A stretch of 64,000 bases of DNA, taken from the IMG/VR virus record IMGVR_UViG_2597489997_000001, positions 192,001-256,000 of that record; one strand, 5' to 3'. Source of the DNA: a virus. Its lineage: Duplodnaviria > Caudoviricetes. Positions within the stretch are counted from its first letter, which is position 1, and the number at the start of each line of letters is the position of its first letter. Below the pieces are notes generated by a model. It searched no databases. It was not told the origin of the DNA and saw nothing but the letters and a program-made list of their open reading frames with translations. This document shows, piece by piece, positions 45,648 through 55,310 of this stretch. A program made the translations under genes and the position numbers.

Positions 45648-47768
45648 TTAAAAGAGATCAGAGATAGTCGCGAACTTGAACTTAGGGTTGTGTTCGCAAT
45701 AAGGAGCATCAAGTTCCATGTCAGCCATGTACATTGAATAACTCTCGAATCCGAGGTAACTATTCAGATCGAATGAACCCATTGCTTTCAGTGAGATACC
45801 TGCAACGTCAGTAGGTAATCTACCACCACCCAACAAGACATCTACCTGTTCTTTACTCCACTCCATGATGTCGATGGAACGAGAAGTAATGTTTTCTTCT
45901 TTACCCGTATCCAAGTCAACCATGTAAATGAAACATTCTTCATCCTGACCTTTACGATAAATACGAGCGATGGTCTGCTTAAGTTCGTAAGATCTGAACG
46001 GGGCATTCATCAGAATGAGCTGGTTAGCCATTAATAACGGGTAACCTTCTTTCAGGGTGTTGTAGGTTGTAATGAGAGGGTTGAAATTAGGATCAGCCGC
46101 AAACTCATTAACTACCTTATCAATATCCTTACTGTTCTCACCATGCACCCAACCTGACTTAATTCCCAGCGTGTCGAAGTAATTTGTCAGTTCTTTAATG
46201 ACCTCGATGTAAGAGGTATAAATAACCGTCTTCTTCTTCACTGCATTGATCATCTCAGGGAGTTTAGCATGCTTAATGATGTCACGTACAGCTTCCATAC
46301 GAGACTTGCTCAGAACGCGTCCCAGGGCTTCTCCGCGTATCTTCAAGCTGAGGTATTTAACCGCTGACTTGATATGACGGAAGTACTTCAGATCTTCACC
46401 ACGTAATTCGTGTTCAATCTTGGTCTCCACCATTTTACAGTACTTGGATTTATCAGAGTCGGTAAAGTTGTTGTATCCATGCTTCTGGAAGTATTCAACA
46501 ATTTCGATATACTTGTCGAGTTGGGCTTCTTCAACTTTATCCCCAGAGATATACTGACGATACGATTTAATATATCTCCGCCAGTCGTTCTCATACTGAG
46601 GAAGGACTTTCTGATAGAACTGGATGCGTTCAGTGATGAAATCCATCATCTCAGCACGGATACTATTCAGGGTGTATTTATCAGCGCCAGGGAACGATAC
46701 AGGAACCAGGATAGGCTCAGGTGCTTTACCCATGCCCTCAACTTTGGTAATCGTATACTTGATACGGCCAAGACGGTGTGCGAGCATCTCGTTAAGGAAT
46801 GCGTTATCACGACCGTACATTTTGAGGAAGTCATCTCTGACATAATCATCGAAGAACTTATCGATGATAGTAAACAGAGCGAATGTTTCACGACCCTGTG
46901 CTTTAATCGGAGTACCCGACATAAACAGAACGTCAGAAACAAATGGGTGTGTAGCGAGTTCAATCAGACCCTGAGTCTGTTGTGACTTGTGCTCATTATA
47001 GTTGTGAGATTCATCAACGATAATTTTGATTGGTTCTTTACCATCTTTAGACATCTTGTTGACAAGGTTGTCGTACTCACCACGTCTCAAGTTCTCTTTA
47101 TAGATGATGAAGAATTCGCAGTCCAAATGGTTGAGAGGATCAGTACCATCAATAGAGGTCCATATTTTAGGAGCTTGCTTGAAGTACTTATTCGTCATCT
47201 CGTCAACCCAAGGTTTGTTAACCAAGTGTTTTGGTACCACGATGATGGTCTTATAGGGAGAGATCATTCTCGACCAAACTAGGCTGGTGTACGTTTTACC
47301 AGAACCCGGTTCTGCATCAAGTAAACAACCTCTTAACTGATATCCAAACTTGATACGAGAGTAATCCAGAAGGAACTCACGTTGATCAGGGAAAGGACTC
47401 AGTGTGAAATCACGCAGTGCTTTATTGAGATCATAAGGGGCATATTCCTGGAAGGTTGTTTGAATCCAAGTCTTTGCTTTGATCTCATCGAAGAGTTGCC
47501 GATACTTCAGCATTCCCACTCGATATCTGTTAACCTGTCGTTTATTCTTATTGTTGGTGAAGTGCTCTAAAATCCAAGCCAGTTCAACCATGAAGAAACG
47601 ATGGATTCTAAACTTGCGGTTATTTACTTTCTTGACAATACGGTTAAAGATAACTGACGTACCGAAGTTAGATCGCAGGTCTAATTCGAAGTCATTTAAA
47701 TTTATACCACTTACCTGATAGTAAGAACCAACACTTTCAACACTTGGCGAAAAGCTAAAAAAGTCCAT
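45648..47768 (-). CDS. SF2 (SNF2/DExH-like) helicase
   Basis: AEPGSGKT, IVDESH, MSGTP, KEGYPL, QTIARIYRKGQ; ATG 47768. Confidence 0.92.
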   Translation of the reverse strand: MDFFSFSPSVESVGSYYQVSGINLNDFELDLRSNFGTSVIFNRIVKKVNNRKFRIHRFFMVELAWILEHFTNNKNKRQVNRYRVGMLKYRQLFDEIKAKTWIQTTFQEYAPYDLNKALRDFTLSPFPDQREFLLDYSRIKFGYQLRGCLLDAEPGSGKTYTSLVWSRMISPYKTIIVVPKHLVNKPWVDEMTNKYFKQAPKIWTSIDGTDPLNHLDCEFFIIYKENLRRGEYDNLVNKMSKDGKEPIKIIVDESHNYNEHKSQQTQGLIELATHPFVSDVLFMSGTPIKAQGRETFALFTIIDKFFDDYVRDDFLKMYGRDNAFLNEMLAHRLGRIKYTITKVEGMGKAPEPILVPVSFPGADKYTLNSIRAEMMDFITERIQFYQKVLPQYENDWRRYIKSYRQYISGDKVEEAQLDKYIEIVEYFQKHGYNNFTDSDKSKYCKMVETKIEHELRGEDLKYFRHIKSAVKYLSLKIRGEALGRVLSKSRMEAVRDIIKHAKLPEMINAVKKKTVIYTSYIEVIKELTNYFDTLGIKSGWVHGENSKDIDKVVNEFAADPNFNPLITTYNTLKEGYPLLMANQLILMNAPFRSYELKQTIARIYRKGQDEECFIYMVDLDTGKEENITSRSIDIMEWSKEQVDVLLGGGRLPTDVAGISLKAMGSFDLNSYLGFESYSMYMADMELDAPYCEHNPKFKFATISDLF

Positions 47769-47783
47769 AATGGAGTGCCTTAA

Positions 47784-48890
47784 ATGAGCGAGAAACAAAA
47801 GATGTCCGATATTCAAAACCAAGCCAATCTGATTAAGCTGGCTCAATTCCTTCGCCTGGATGTGTTAGATAATGAAGTAATGGTTATCGAACATCAAGAA
47901 TGGCGTGATCGTTACAAAGTATCCCTGGCTGGAAATATCTGGTACGTCAAAACCCAAGCTGTCCCTCATTTCTGGTTGGCACTTGAGAAGGGCGACTATA
48001 ACTCTATCGGTGAATTGTCAGAAGGTAAAGACGAGCTGGTTAAATTCCGTCATGCTCCGTCTATCCAACTCATCGATCGTAACTTTGATCAAACAGGTCC
48101 TTTGTCCGAACTGATGGGTGAAGACTTCATCAACATCGATCGTCGCATGTCTGGTCTGGTTAACGCTGGTGCAGCGAACATCCGTGACATTGCCAAAATG
48201 ATCAATACTGAAATGGATCTGGTCAACAAAGATACTGACGTTGTTAAAGACTTCGATGGTATTCTGACTTTCAACACTCCGGTCGGTAAAGACTTCAAAC
48301 TGGAACTGTGTTTCGATAAAGTGAAACCTGTTGATGAAGGTAACGAAAAGATCGAGATCCAACGCACCCCTATTACCAAAGAAGACCAGGATACATATCT
48401 GCGTGGGACTGGTAAGAAAGTCGTTGATCGTCTGAATGAAGTTACCAAGCTGGTACAGTCTCTTCTGAATACACCTAAGGTTCAGTCTAACCCAGAGCTG
48501 CTCGACTATGCTGTACGAGCTGTAGAAGTTACCCTGACTATGGCGTTCCTGAACCAGACCATCACTTACATCTCCTTCGGTGGTGTTGATGATTGGCGCC
48601 CACAAGGCGAGACTACTCCTAACAATGAAGTCTGCATGAAAATCCTGGATGATGAAGTTGAACACCTGATCAAATTCCTGGATGACATTCCTAAACAGGA
48701 AGGTGTTGATGTGTACTCCATCGATATGGATACCTTTGCGATCTTCGGCCGTAACAATGACAACCGTGTGGTAACTCCTGCCCTGCAAGGTTATACTGGT
48801 GACATTCTGAAACGTTACTCTCGTGGTTTCGAACGACTGTTAGCAATCCGCATGGGTCTGTCCGATAACGCGCACTTCTTCAAGGCGTAA
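47784..48890 (+). CDS. Hypothetical acidic protein
   Basis: 368 aa; GGAG RBS; strongly biased codon usage. Confidence 0.8.
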   Translation: MSEKQKMSDIQNQANLIKLAQFLRLDVLDNEVMVIEHQEWRDRYKVSLAGNIWYVKTQAVPHFWLALEKGDYNSIGELSEGKDELVKFRHAPSIQLIDRNFDQTGPLSELMGEDFINIDRRMSGLVNAGAANIRDIAKMINTEMDLVNKDTDVVKDFDGILTFNTPVGKDFKLELCFDKVKPVDEGNEKIEIQRTPITKEDQDTYLRGTGKKVVDRLNEVTKLVQSLLNTPKVQSNPELLDYAVRAVEVTLTMAFLNQTITYISFGGVDDWRPQGETTPNNEVCMKILDDEVEHLIKFLDDIPKQEGVDVYSIDMDTFAIFGRNNDNRVVTPALQGYTGDILKRYSRGFERLLAIRMGLSDNAHFFKA

Positions 48891-48910
48891 TTTCAACAAA
48901 CAAACATATC

Positions 48911-48938
48911 GCTTAGCGAGGCCGAAACCTCGCTAAGC
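48911..48938. terminator. Bidirectional terminator
   Basis: GCTTAGCGAGG-CCGAAA-CCTCGCTAAGC between convergent genes. Confidence 0.85.
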
Positions 48939-48949
48939 ATTTATGCTGT

Positions 48950-49726
48950 TTACAGTTTTTTAGCTTCATCGATCTGCAATTGCAGAATACGAGTCAGTTC
49001 ACTTAACTGGGCTACCATCATACCAGCAAAGGTAATGGTTTCTACCAGTTCAGAGATAGTGTCGTTCAGTAGACGGCTTGCGCTGTCATCCAGAACCATA
49101 TCGCCTGAGTCGATTTTCTTCTTCAGCAGGTTAACAACGTAAACCACCTGGTCAGCAGATTTAGACAGTACTTCTATATCACGTGATTTAAGTGTCTCAA
49201 CAACACGGTTGAAGTTCTGATCAACTTCCAGAGCAGTACCGAAGTTAGGGTACATCTGGTTCAAGGCACGAGTATAAACCTTGGTGTCTTCAAAGACCAG
49301 CTTAGCTTGTTGTTTGGTTTCATTAACCATGATCATCGCATCGACATTGCGAATCGAGTAAGGAACTTTACCCGTTGCTGCAATAGACTTGATGCCACGA
49401 TAAACAGCGTCAGTTTGAGACTGAGCTAATTTAACCAGAGGGACTGCTTTCAGCACGAAATCAACATACTCTTTAAACGACATTTTGTCGGCATTAAAGA
49501 ATACTGGAGATGGGATATGTTTGATAGAAACATCAAAGTAAACATTTCTGGCGGTGAGCTGTTTCCAAACTTCTTCACCTTTTACGGTGTGAATAGTTTT
49601 GTTAAAGTTCTTCGCGTTGAAGGAGTCGATCCCCAAGCTCAGTTCTTTAAAGAAGGATGTCAGACGCTCGCCAACTGTTAGCGCTTCTGCACCAACGATT
49701 GCATCAAGATCAAATGTAATAGACAT
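48950..49726 (-). CDS. Probable virion (head) protein
   Basis: GGAG RBS, ATG 49726; N-terminal VGAE motif; helical; divergent from uvsX. Confidence 0.6.
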   Translation of the reverse strand: MSITFDLDAIVGAEALTVGERLTSFFKELSLGIDSFNAKNFNKTIHTVKGEEVWKQLTARNVYFDVSIKHIPSPVFFNADKMSFKEYVDFVLKAVPLVKLAQSQTDAVYRGIKSIAATGKVPYSIRNVDAMIMVNETKQQAKLVFEDTKVYTRALNQMYPNFGTALEVDQNFNRVVETLKSRDIEVLSKSADQVVYVVNLLKKKIDSGDMVLDDSASRLLNDTISELVETITFAGMMVAQLSELTRILQLQIDEAKKL

Positions 49727-49793
49727 GCTATGGCAAACTCCATTAGTGTGTTTTCGAAACGATTCATAACATTTAAACAAAAAGGGTATATAG

Positions 49794-51269
49794 ATGCTGA
49801 CCGCATTGAATTTCTTAAAAGATTATGGTGCCGAATCCAACCTGCAAATCGGTTTGAACGTATCACCAATCTTCGACATGCTGACCACTAGCATGATTAA
49901 AGGCAAGGATGGGGTTTGGTATCAGAACGGTGGACTGATGCCTATCAACGGTTTGGCTGGCGGTAACAACACCCAGAAAACTGGTAAGACTGTTAAAGAC
50001 GTTGCAGCGCTGCTGTTCCGTTTTAAATCATCCGTCATTCTTTATGGTGATACTGAATCTACTCTGGACATTTCTCGTCTAGCAGAAGAAGTGGATCGCC
50101 TGTTTGGTGAAGAAGGTTACTTCGCTGAAAACATCGAAGATATCCGTTTCCACTACATGCCTAACTCCGCTGGTATCGATGGCACCGAACTACATAATAA
50201 AGTCATCGAGATCTATAAGACTATCCATGCACTGTCTGAATCAAAAGACAAAGCAGAACAAGAAGCTTATAAGCAACTGTTCCTGGATACTCCTTTCTGG
50301 AGCGCTAAGGCTAATAAGCACGTTCAGGTAATGCAACCTATTCTGTTCATCTGTGACTCCATCTCTGAAGTTCTGTTTGACAACCTGATGTTCAAACAGT
50401 TTGACGATGGTGATATGGATGAAGGCGGTAAGAAACGTACCCGTGACATGGAGATCGGTAACCTGCGTCGTATCTTGATGACAGATACCTGTATCCTTGG
50501 CCCACGTGTCGGTTTACGTTCTTACTGGATTGCTCAGTCCGCTGACGTTATTAACATGGATGGTCGTCCTAAAGAAAAAGACTCCACCTTCCTGCGTCAC
50601 AATAAGAAACTGGCTGCTCCGAAAGCGATGCTGAAATTACCACACATCGGTATCGAGATCATTAAGGGTACAGTTCTTAAGCAGACAGACCACTCTGTAA
50701 CTTATCCTCGCGGTAAAGATTCATTAACCTCTACCAACGCCAAGTCTAACCCAGAACTGGTTCAGTACTTCACTACGGTCTTCCGTAACAAGTCTGGTTC
50801 ATCTGGCGGTGATATTGCATTCGTTGCAAGTCAGGCTGAAGGTATCCTGGTTAACCTGTCAATGTACGACTCCCTGAAAGAGAACAAGTACTTTGGCCTG
50901 GATGGTAGTGCAGTGCGTCACTCTTGTGCATTACTGCCAGACGTTTCTATCACTCGTCCAACTGTTCGCGATATGATCGAAGGCCCAGATGCTAATCCTA
51001 AGCTTCAGCGTGCTATCGAGATTTGCTGGCAGCTGTGGTACGAACAAACATTCTGGGACAACTTCCCTGAGGAATGGAAAATCACTCCAGCTCAACTTTA
51101 CGAGAAAGGTAAAGAGCGCGGTCTGGATTGGGATGACGTTCTCGAAAACACAATCTACTTCTGGCACGATAACCATGAAGTGATTAAGAAACATACATTA
51201 ACTATCTACGAACTGATGGAAATCGTCGTGGGTGGTAAGAAACCATATTGGATCAAGGACAAGAAATAA
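49794..51269 (+). CDS. uvsX: UvsX/RecA-like recombinase (phiKZ gp152-like)
   Basis: FDMLT..NGG, P-loop AGGNNTQKT, YGDTES, Walker B ICDS, RNKSG.SG. Confidence 0.8.
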   Translation: MLTALNFLKDYGAESNLQIGLNVSPIFDMLTTSMIKGKDGVWYQNGGLMPINGLAGGNNTQKTGKTVKDVAALLFRFKSSVILYGDTESTLDISRLAEEVDRLFGEEGYFAENIEDIRFHYMPNSAGIDGTELHNKVIEIYKTIHALSESKDKAEQEAYKQLFLDTPFWSAKANKHVQVMQPILFICDSISEVLFDNLMFKQFDDGDMDEGGKKRTRDMEIGNLRRILMTDTCILGPRVGLRSYWIAQSADVINMDGRPKEKDSTFLRHNKKLAAPKAMLKLPHIGIEIIKGTVLKQTDHSVTYPRGKDSLTSTNAKSNPELVQYFTTVFRNKSGSSGGDIAFVASQAEGILVNLSMYDSLKENKYFGLDGSAVRHSCALLPDVSITRPTVRDMIEGPDANPKLQRAIEICWQLWYEQTFWDNFPEEWKITPAQLYEKGKERGLDWDDVLENTIYFWHDNHEVIKKHTLTIYELMEIVVGGKKPYWIKDKK

Positions 51270-51631
51270 TGTCAGACTTCAGTTACGATTACTCGGTTCT
51301 TGTTGTAGCAGAGCCGGACTTTCTGAACAAAGGTAAAGATATCGAAGCTTACATGGATAAGCTTAATAAGTTCTTAACCAAACGAGCCGGTGAAAGTACA
51401 TTCCGTCCGGTAACAGTATCTGGTAACTACGGTTTGAACCTGGCTGTTAAGATCGAAGTAGATGATCGTAACAAAACTGCCTTCTCTAAATCAATTGCGG
51501 ATCATTTGATTCAATTTGATGACATTGTTCTGATCACGAACTTTGAGAAGGATCCGTACCTGGATGTGTTAACTGGTTTAGCGTCGGAACTCTCAAAGCC
51601 TGTAACTATTTACAACTATGAGATAAAGTAA
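51269..51631 (+). CDS. Hypothetical protein
   Basis: TAATG coupling at both ends. Confidence 0.7.
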   Translation: MSDFSYDYSVLVVAEPDFLNKGKDIEAYMDKLNKFLTKRAGESTFRPVTVSGNYGLNLAVKIEVDDRNKTAFSKSIADHLIQFDDIVLITNFEKDPYLDVLTGLASELSKPVTIYNYEIK

Positions 51632-52311
51632 TGTTAAAGAACCGCAAAGAGATTGAAAACGACATCCTGTCATTGGCAGAACGTTTTACTCAGGGCGGGG
51701 GAAACAAAGAACTTTATGCAGGGCTGTTTAAACAACTTGATGATGAGGGGTTTAAGCAGTTCTGGAATAAGGTTTGTGATAGTGGATTTATCCCGATGTT
51801 TGTGGATAACTTCGACATGAAGGAAGGCATCAACTATGACCATATGGTTAAGCTTGCTGTCTCCCTTGCTATCCCCCTGGAACAACAGTTGGTATTCACC
51901 GATCCAGATACAGGGTTAGAACATACCACCCCAGAGACAGCTCTGGTTGGTTGGGCAGAAGTTCGTAAACAGCGTCAGCTGCAAGCCAAGAAGTTTGGTG
52001 CATCCAAACATGACTATGAGACTGAAGACCTGACAGGGCAACCTACAGGCGCTTCTAAAGCAGGTGGTATCTCTAACCCAGAGATCCAAGTTCTGCTGAG
52101 TCTTGGTCTTCCTACATTGGCTAAAGAGTTAGCTGACGTTCGTGGTGGTGACGCAGGAGCGTATCGTGCATATAAGAACGATATCTTGACTTCTGGTGTT
52201 GCCACTACCGAATCTGCTCTACAACGTGGTACTGGTGTTAAGTCACTTCAGACTGCACATTACCTGTTACGTGCTCAGCACCTGGATAACAACCTGGCGG
52301 ACCGCGATTAA
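51631..52311 (+). CDS. Virion RNA polymerase beta-subunit C-terminal fragment (phiKZ gp149-like)
   Basis: DLTGQPTGASKAGGISNPEIQVLLSLG..ELADVRGGD corresponds to the RpoB C-terminal QP.GG..GGQR.GEME..L..EML.VKSDD region. Confidence 0.85.
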   Translation: MLKNRKEIENDILSLAERFTQGGGNKELYAGLFKQLDDEGFKQFWNKVCDSGFIPMFVDNFDMKEGINYDHMVKLAVSLAIPLEQQLVFTDPDTGLEHTTPETALVGWAEVRKQRQLQAKKFGASKHDYETEDLTGQPTGASKAGGISNPEIQVLLSLGLPTLAKELADVRGGDAGAYRAYKNDILTSGVATTESALQRGTGVKSLQTAHYLLRAQHLDNNLADRD

Positions 52312-52766
52312 TGGAAGAGAAGGATCCTATTGTCCTTCTGTTAAACTACATGGCCTCGGAGCTACATACCGAGGTCATTATTAACAGAGACAGCACAGAT
52401 TTCTGGGAGAAGGCGCAGGACTATATCTTTGATAACTCTTTGGTATCTTTCCGTGAAGGCATTGACACTTTGTCGGAAGCGATCAAGAAAGAAAAGGATA
52501 TGTACAACTACCTGTCGGCATTGGTGTTCCGTACCTTTGCTCAGCCATTCACCCTAACTGCACTTAAACAGTTTGCTGACGGTTTCGATGCCACAGCAAG
52601 TGACCCTATTCTGGGTGGGTTTAATTTCACCGCAGCAAAACTCACGAACATAGAGAAGCTTATGCTTTTCTTCACCGTCCACCGTAACAAGATCACCATT
52701 GCACTCTTTGAGCGCGATGAGTTGATTAACCTGGAAAAGAAAAGTAAGGGAAAAAGTAGCCGATGA
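52311..52766 (+). CDS. Hypothetical protein
   Basis: TAATG coupling. Confidence 0.72.
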   Translation: MEEKDPIVLLLNYMASELHTEVIINRDSTDFWEKAQDYIFDNSLVSFREGIDTLSEAIKKEKDMYNYLSALVFRTFAQPFTLTALKQFADGFDATASDPILGGFNFTAAKLTNIEKLMLFFTVHRNKITIALFERDELINLEKKSKGKSSR

Positions 52767-53497
52767 ATATCGATTTGTTTACCAACGTGGGCTCCCTCTT
52801 TGATGAACGTCGAGGCATCATTACCAAAGTTGCCATTGAAAGTGGTAACACCAAGTTCGATTGGAACACTAACTTCAGCGAGATTTATGCACGTCGTCGT
52901 TTCGACTACTTTAATCAACCCGAGTTAGGTATTACGCAAGAGAAATATCTTGAGCGTTTTGCTAAGCGTTCCATTGAAGACTTTGCTGACCACACCCAAG
53001 CTTTCATTCGTCCAAGTAAACTAATTCACAACATGTTTAAAATTGTACGTGAGATAGAATTTGGCGTAGGACAAATGTTATCAGTATCAACTTTCTCGTT
53101 GACTGTCAATATTTATCCTTATGTGATCGAGGGTGAACTGTTAGATGAACTGGCTTCGACCATCCGTGGAGCGATTCCATTTAACATCTCTCTATCCTTT
53201 GTAGATTTCCCGTATGAGAAAATAACTCCTGCGGTACTTCATAGCTACCAGTACGTCTTCCTTTATGACTTCATGTGTACACCACACTACGAGGTATACT
53301 GGAAAGAATATCCGAAAGCGCAACCTTCCAATGTGAAGTTTATCATTCCGGATGTACTGGCAAAGAGCCCTGAAGAACTTCCCGAAGAAATGAGACGCGA
53401 AGAGCCGATCGAATTACTTGGAAAGATGAATGCAACTCAAGGCGGTAAAATTACCTGGGTGCCATATCCTAAAACCATATTCGACTATAAAGAATAA
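52763..53497 (+). CDS. Hypothetical protein (probable phiKZ-like core gene)
   Basis: ATGA overlap; SLFDERRG and LTVNIYPY motifs. Confidence 0.7.
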   Translation: MNIDLFTNVGSLFDERRGIITKVAIESGNTKFDWNTNFSEIYARRRFDYFNQPELGITQEKYLERFAKRSIEDFADHTQAFIRPSKLIHNMFKIVREIEFGVGQMLSVSTFSLTVNIYPYVIEGELLDELASTIRGAIPFNISLSFVDFPYEKITPAVLHSYQYVFLYDFMCTPHYEVYWKEYPKAQPSNVKFIIPDVLAKSPEELPEEMRREEPIELLGKMNATQGGKITWVPYPKTIFDYKE

Positions 53498-53503
53498 GGT
53501 CAA

Positions 53504-53531
53504 CCCCTGAGCCCTTCACGGGGCTCAGGGG
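53504..53531. terminator. Bidirectional terminator
   Basis: CCCCTGAGCCC-TTCACG-GGGCTCAGGGG between convergent genes. Confidence 0.85.
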
Positions 53532-53553
53532 GTGTTTAACCTTTTGTTTGGTT

Positions 53554-54171
53554 TTATGACTCTGGGTCCCAAGGAGTATCCTCGGAATCATCTTTGTCTT
53601 CAGTTGTTCCGGTAACTCGGATATCTTCCAATTCTGCAAAGGAAGCTTCAATCTCTTTAGAGTCAACGATCTGGTGGCCTTGATACAACTCTTCACCTTT
53701 GATCTCATCGTCTGGGTTAACAGACAGGTTAATCATAGGAGCCATTGGATCAAGAATGATTGCTTGAGTGCCGTAGTTAGGAACAACAATGCGACCAGCT
53801 GTGATTTCATTAAGGGCGTTAGCAAACGTAGCAAAGTTAGCACGGTTGTCTTCCAGCTCTTTATCCTTCAGACGTTCTTTACGATCGTCACGTACGGCTT
53901 TCTCAAGCTGAGCCAGGATAGTGTTAATTGAGTCCAACAGCTTTGGATTGTTTGGTTTACTGATGTAGGTTTGGGTAGCGATATCCAGCACTAATGTTCT
54001 GTGCTTCTGAACGATGTTGATAAGTTCGTTCTCATTATCTTTATCCCCACGACCACCTGACAGAACAAACTGAATATCTTTAATCAGTTGGTCCTTGTCC
54101 TTCTCAGTCTTTAACTTTTCGTCTGACTGAGGAGCCGGATGAATTTCATCCCCGTAATCTTCGTATGCCAT
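53554..54171 (-). CDS. Hypothetical acidic protein
   Basis: GGAG RBS before ATG 54171. Confidence 0.75.
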   Translation of the reverse strand: MAYEDYGDEIHPAPQSDEKLKTEKDKDQLIKDIQFVLSGGRGDKDNENELINIVQKHRTLVLDIATQTYISKPNNPKLLDSINTILAQLEKAVRDDRKERLKDKELEDNRANFATFANALNEITAGRIVVPNYGTQAIILDPMAPMINLSVNPDDEIKGEELYQGHQIVDSKEIEASFAELEDIRVTGTTEDKDDSEDTPWDPES

Positions 54172-54205
54172 GATATGCTCCAATACTTTTAATAAGACTA
54201 TTATA

Positions 54206-54233
54206 TTTCAGACAAATATTATCAAAGTAGATA
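54206..54233 (+). promoter_or_regulatory. Phage early promoter motif, copy 7
   Basis: TTTCAGACAAATATTATCAAAGTAGATA. Confidence 0.7.
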
Positions 54234-54282
54234 AACGGAAATCTGTTTTAATAATATTCGTTATAGTCTCGAGGAAATTAAA

Positions 54283-54837
54283 ATGTTCTTTCAAAAGTTA
54301 TTAAACAAGATTCCATTCTTCCGCAATCGACAGATTAAGAAGATAAAAGAGGACCTTGTAGAAATTCAGCGCGACTTTGGTGAAGGGTTCTTTAACGACC
54401 GCTACATCATTAGTCTTCACAATATCCTAAATAACTCACTGATGGACTTCTCAGACGATTTAGTGAGTGGGTCATTGAACAAGTTCAGCTCGTACACAAA
54501 GTCGTCTATGAGTGCTCTGAAGCTCATAGATAAGCCCGAATTGAAGAAGACTAGATTAGAGAAAAGTAACATCGTTTCTTTGACTAAGGAAACCGACTAT
54601 TTCTCAGCCTGGTATTCTAATGAAGAATCTGTACGTGAGTTTATCGATAAAATGAGTCACTACATCGTAGCTCAGGTTTGGTTAGCAACCCCGAACCCAG
54701 ACTACGAGGCTCAGGAAAAGATAGACCATTATATAAGCGAACTAAATAATGAAGTATTTGACTCGCTAATCTACCGACTCCTTCTTGAGGATTTGGTTAG
54801 CATTGTATCATTCTACATAGAGAGTAAATATGAATGA
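54283..54837 (+). CDS. Hypothetical protein
   Basis: GAGGA RBS. Confidence 0.72.
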   Translation: MFFQKLLNKIPFFRNRQIKKIKEDLVEIQRDFGEGFFNDRYIISLHNILNNSLMDFSDDLVSGSLNKFSSYTKSSMSALKLIDKPELKKTRLEKSNIVSLTKETDYFSAWYSNEESVREFIDKMSHYIVAQVWLATPNPDYEAQEKIDHYISELNNEVFDSLIYRLLLEDLVSIVSFYIESKYE

Positions 54838-55240
54838 CAAAAAGAAAGCGTTGAGTTTTGGGAAGAACAAGAACTTTGTTCCCCCAGAGCAGCTTACCGA
54901 TGTACCTAGCCGTCTTTTCAGAAAGATCACCCAGGTACTCGATATCAACATGGCCAAATGGAAAACGTATCTGGATGATTACCTTCGTTGGATTCATCCC
55001 GACGACAGTGGTCCAGCTGCCGATGTTAAACGCAACCGTTCTACTGCTATGGGAAATATCCAAAGTACGTTATTCTTCTCTAAGACTCTGTCATGGAACA
55101 AGTTATTAATGGGATTGAAGATTGCCAAGATCGCAGAGATTGAAGTCATCTTTAAAATCAAAACAGAATCTGGTGAGGAACACGTCATCACCGAAAAGAC
55201 TATTCTGCGCAAATCCCCAAGGGGTAGTGGCGAAGACTGA
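54830..55240 (+). CDS. Basic hypothetical protein, possibly DNA-binding
   Basis: SRLFRKI..WKTYLDDY..GNIQ..LSWNKLLMGL; Lys/Arg-rich. Confidence 0.7.
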   Translation: MNDKKKALSFGKNKNFVPPEQLTDVPSRLFRKITQVLDINMAKWKTYLDDYLRWIHPDDSGPAADVKRNRSTAMGNIQSTLFFSKTLSWNKLLMGLKIAKIAEIEVIFKIKTESGEEHVITEKTILRKSPRGSGED

Positions 55241-55246
55241 CGGAAT

Positions 55247-55272
55247 GTTACTCTACCTTCGGGTAGAGTAAC
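55247..55272 (+). terminator. Intrinsic terminator
   Basis: GTTACTCTACC-TTCG-GGTAGAGTAAC; T-run at about 55291. Confidence 0.82.
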
Positions 55273-55310
55273 CACACCCTACTTACTTTATTTTTTTTTC
55301 AGGAATTGAC

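Noticed and set aside
36858-49770. TATG late-promoter cores upstream of 36915, 42522 and 49726
   Set aside because: A 4-nt motif in AT-rich DNA cannot be distinguished from chance without TSS data.
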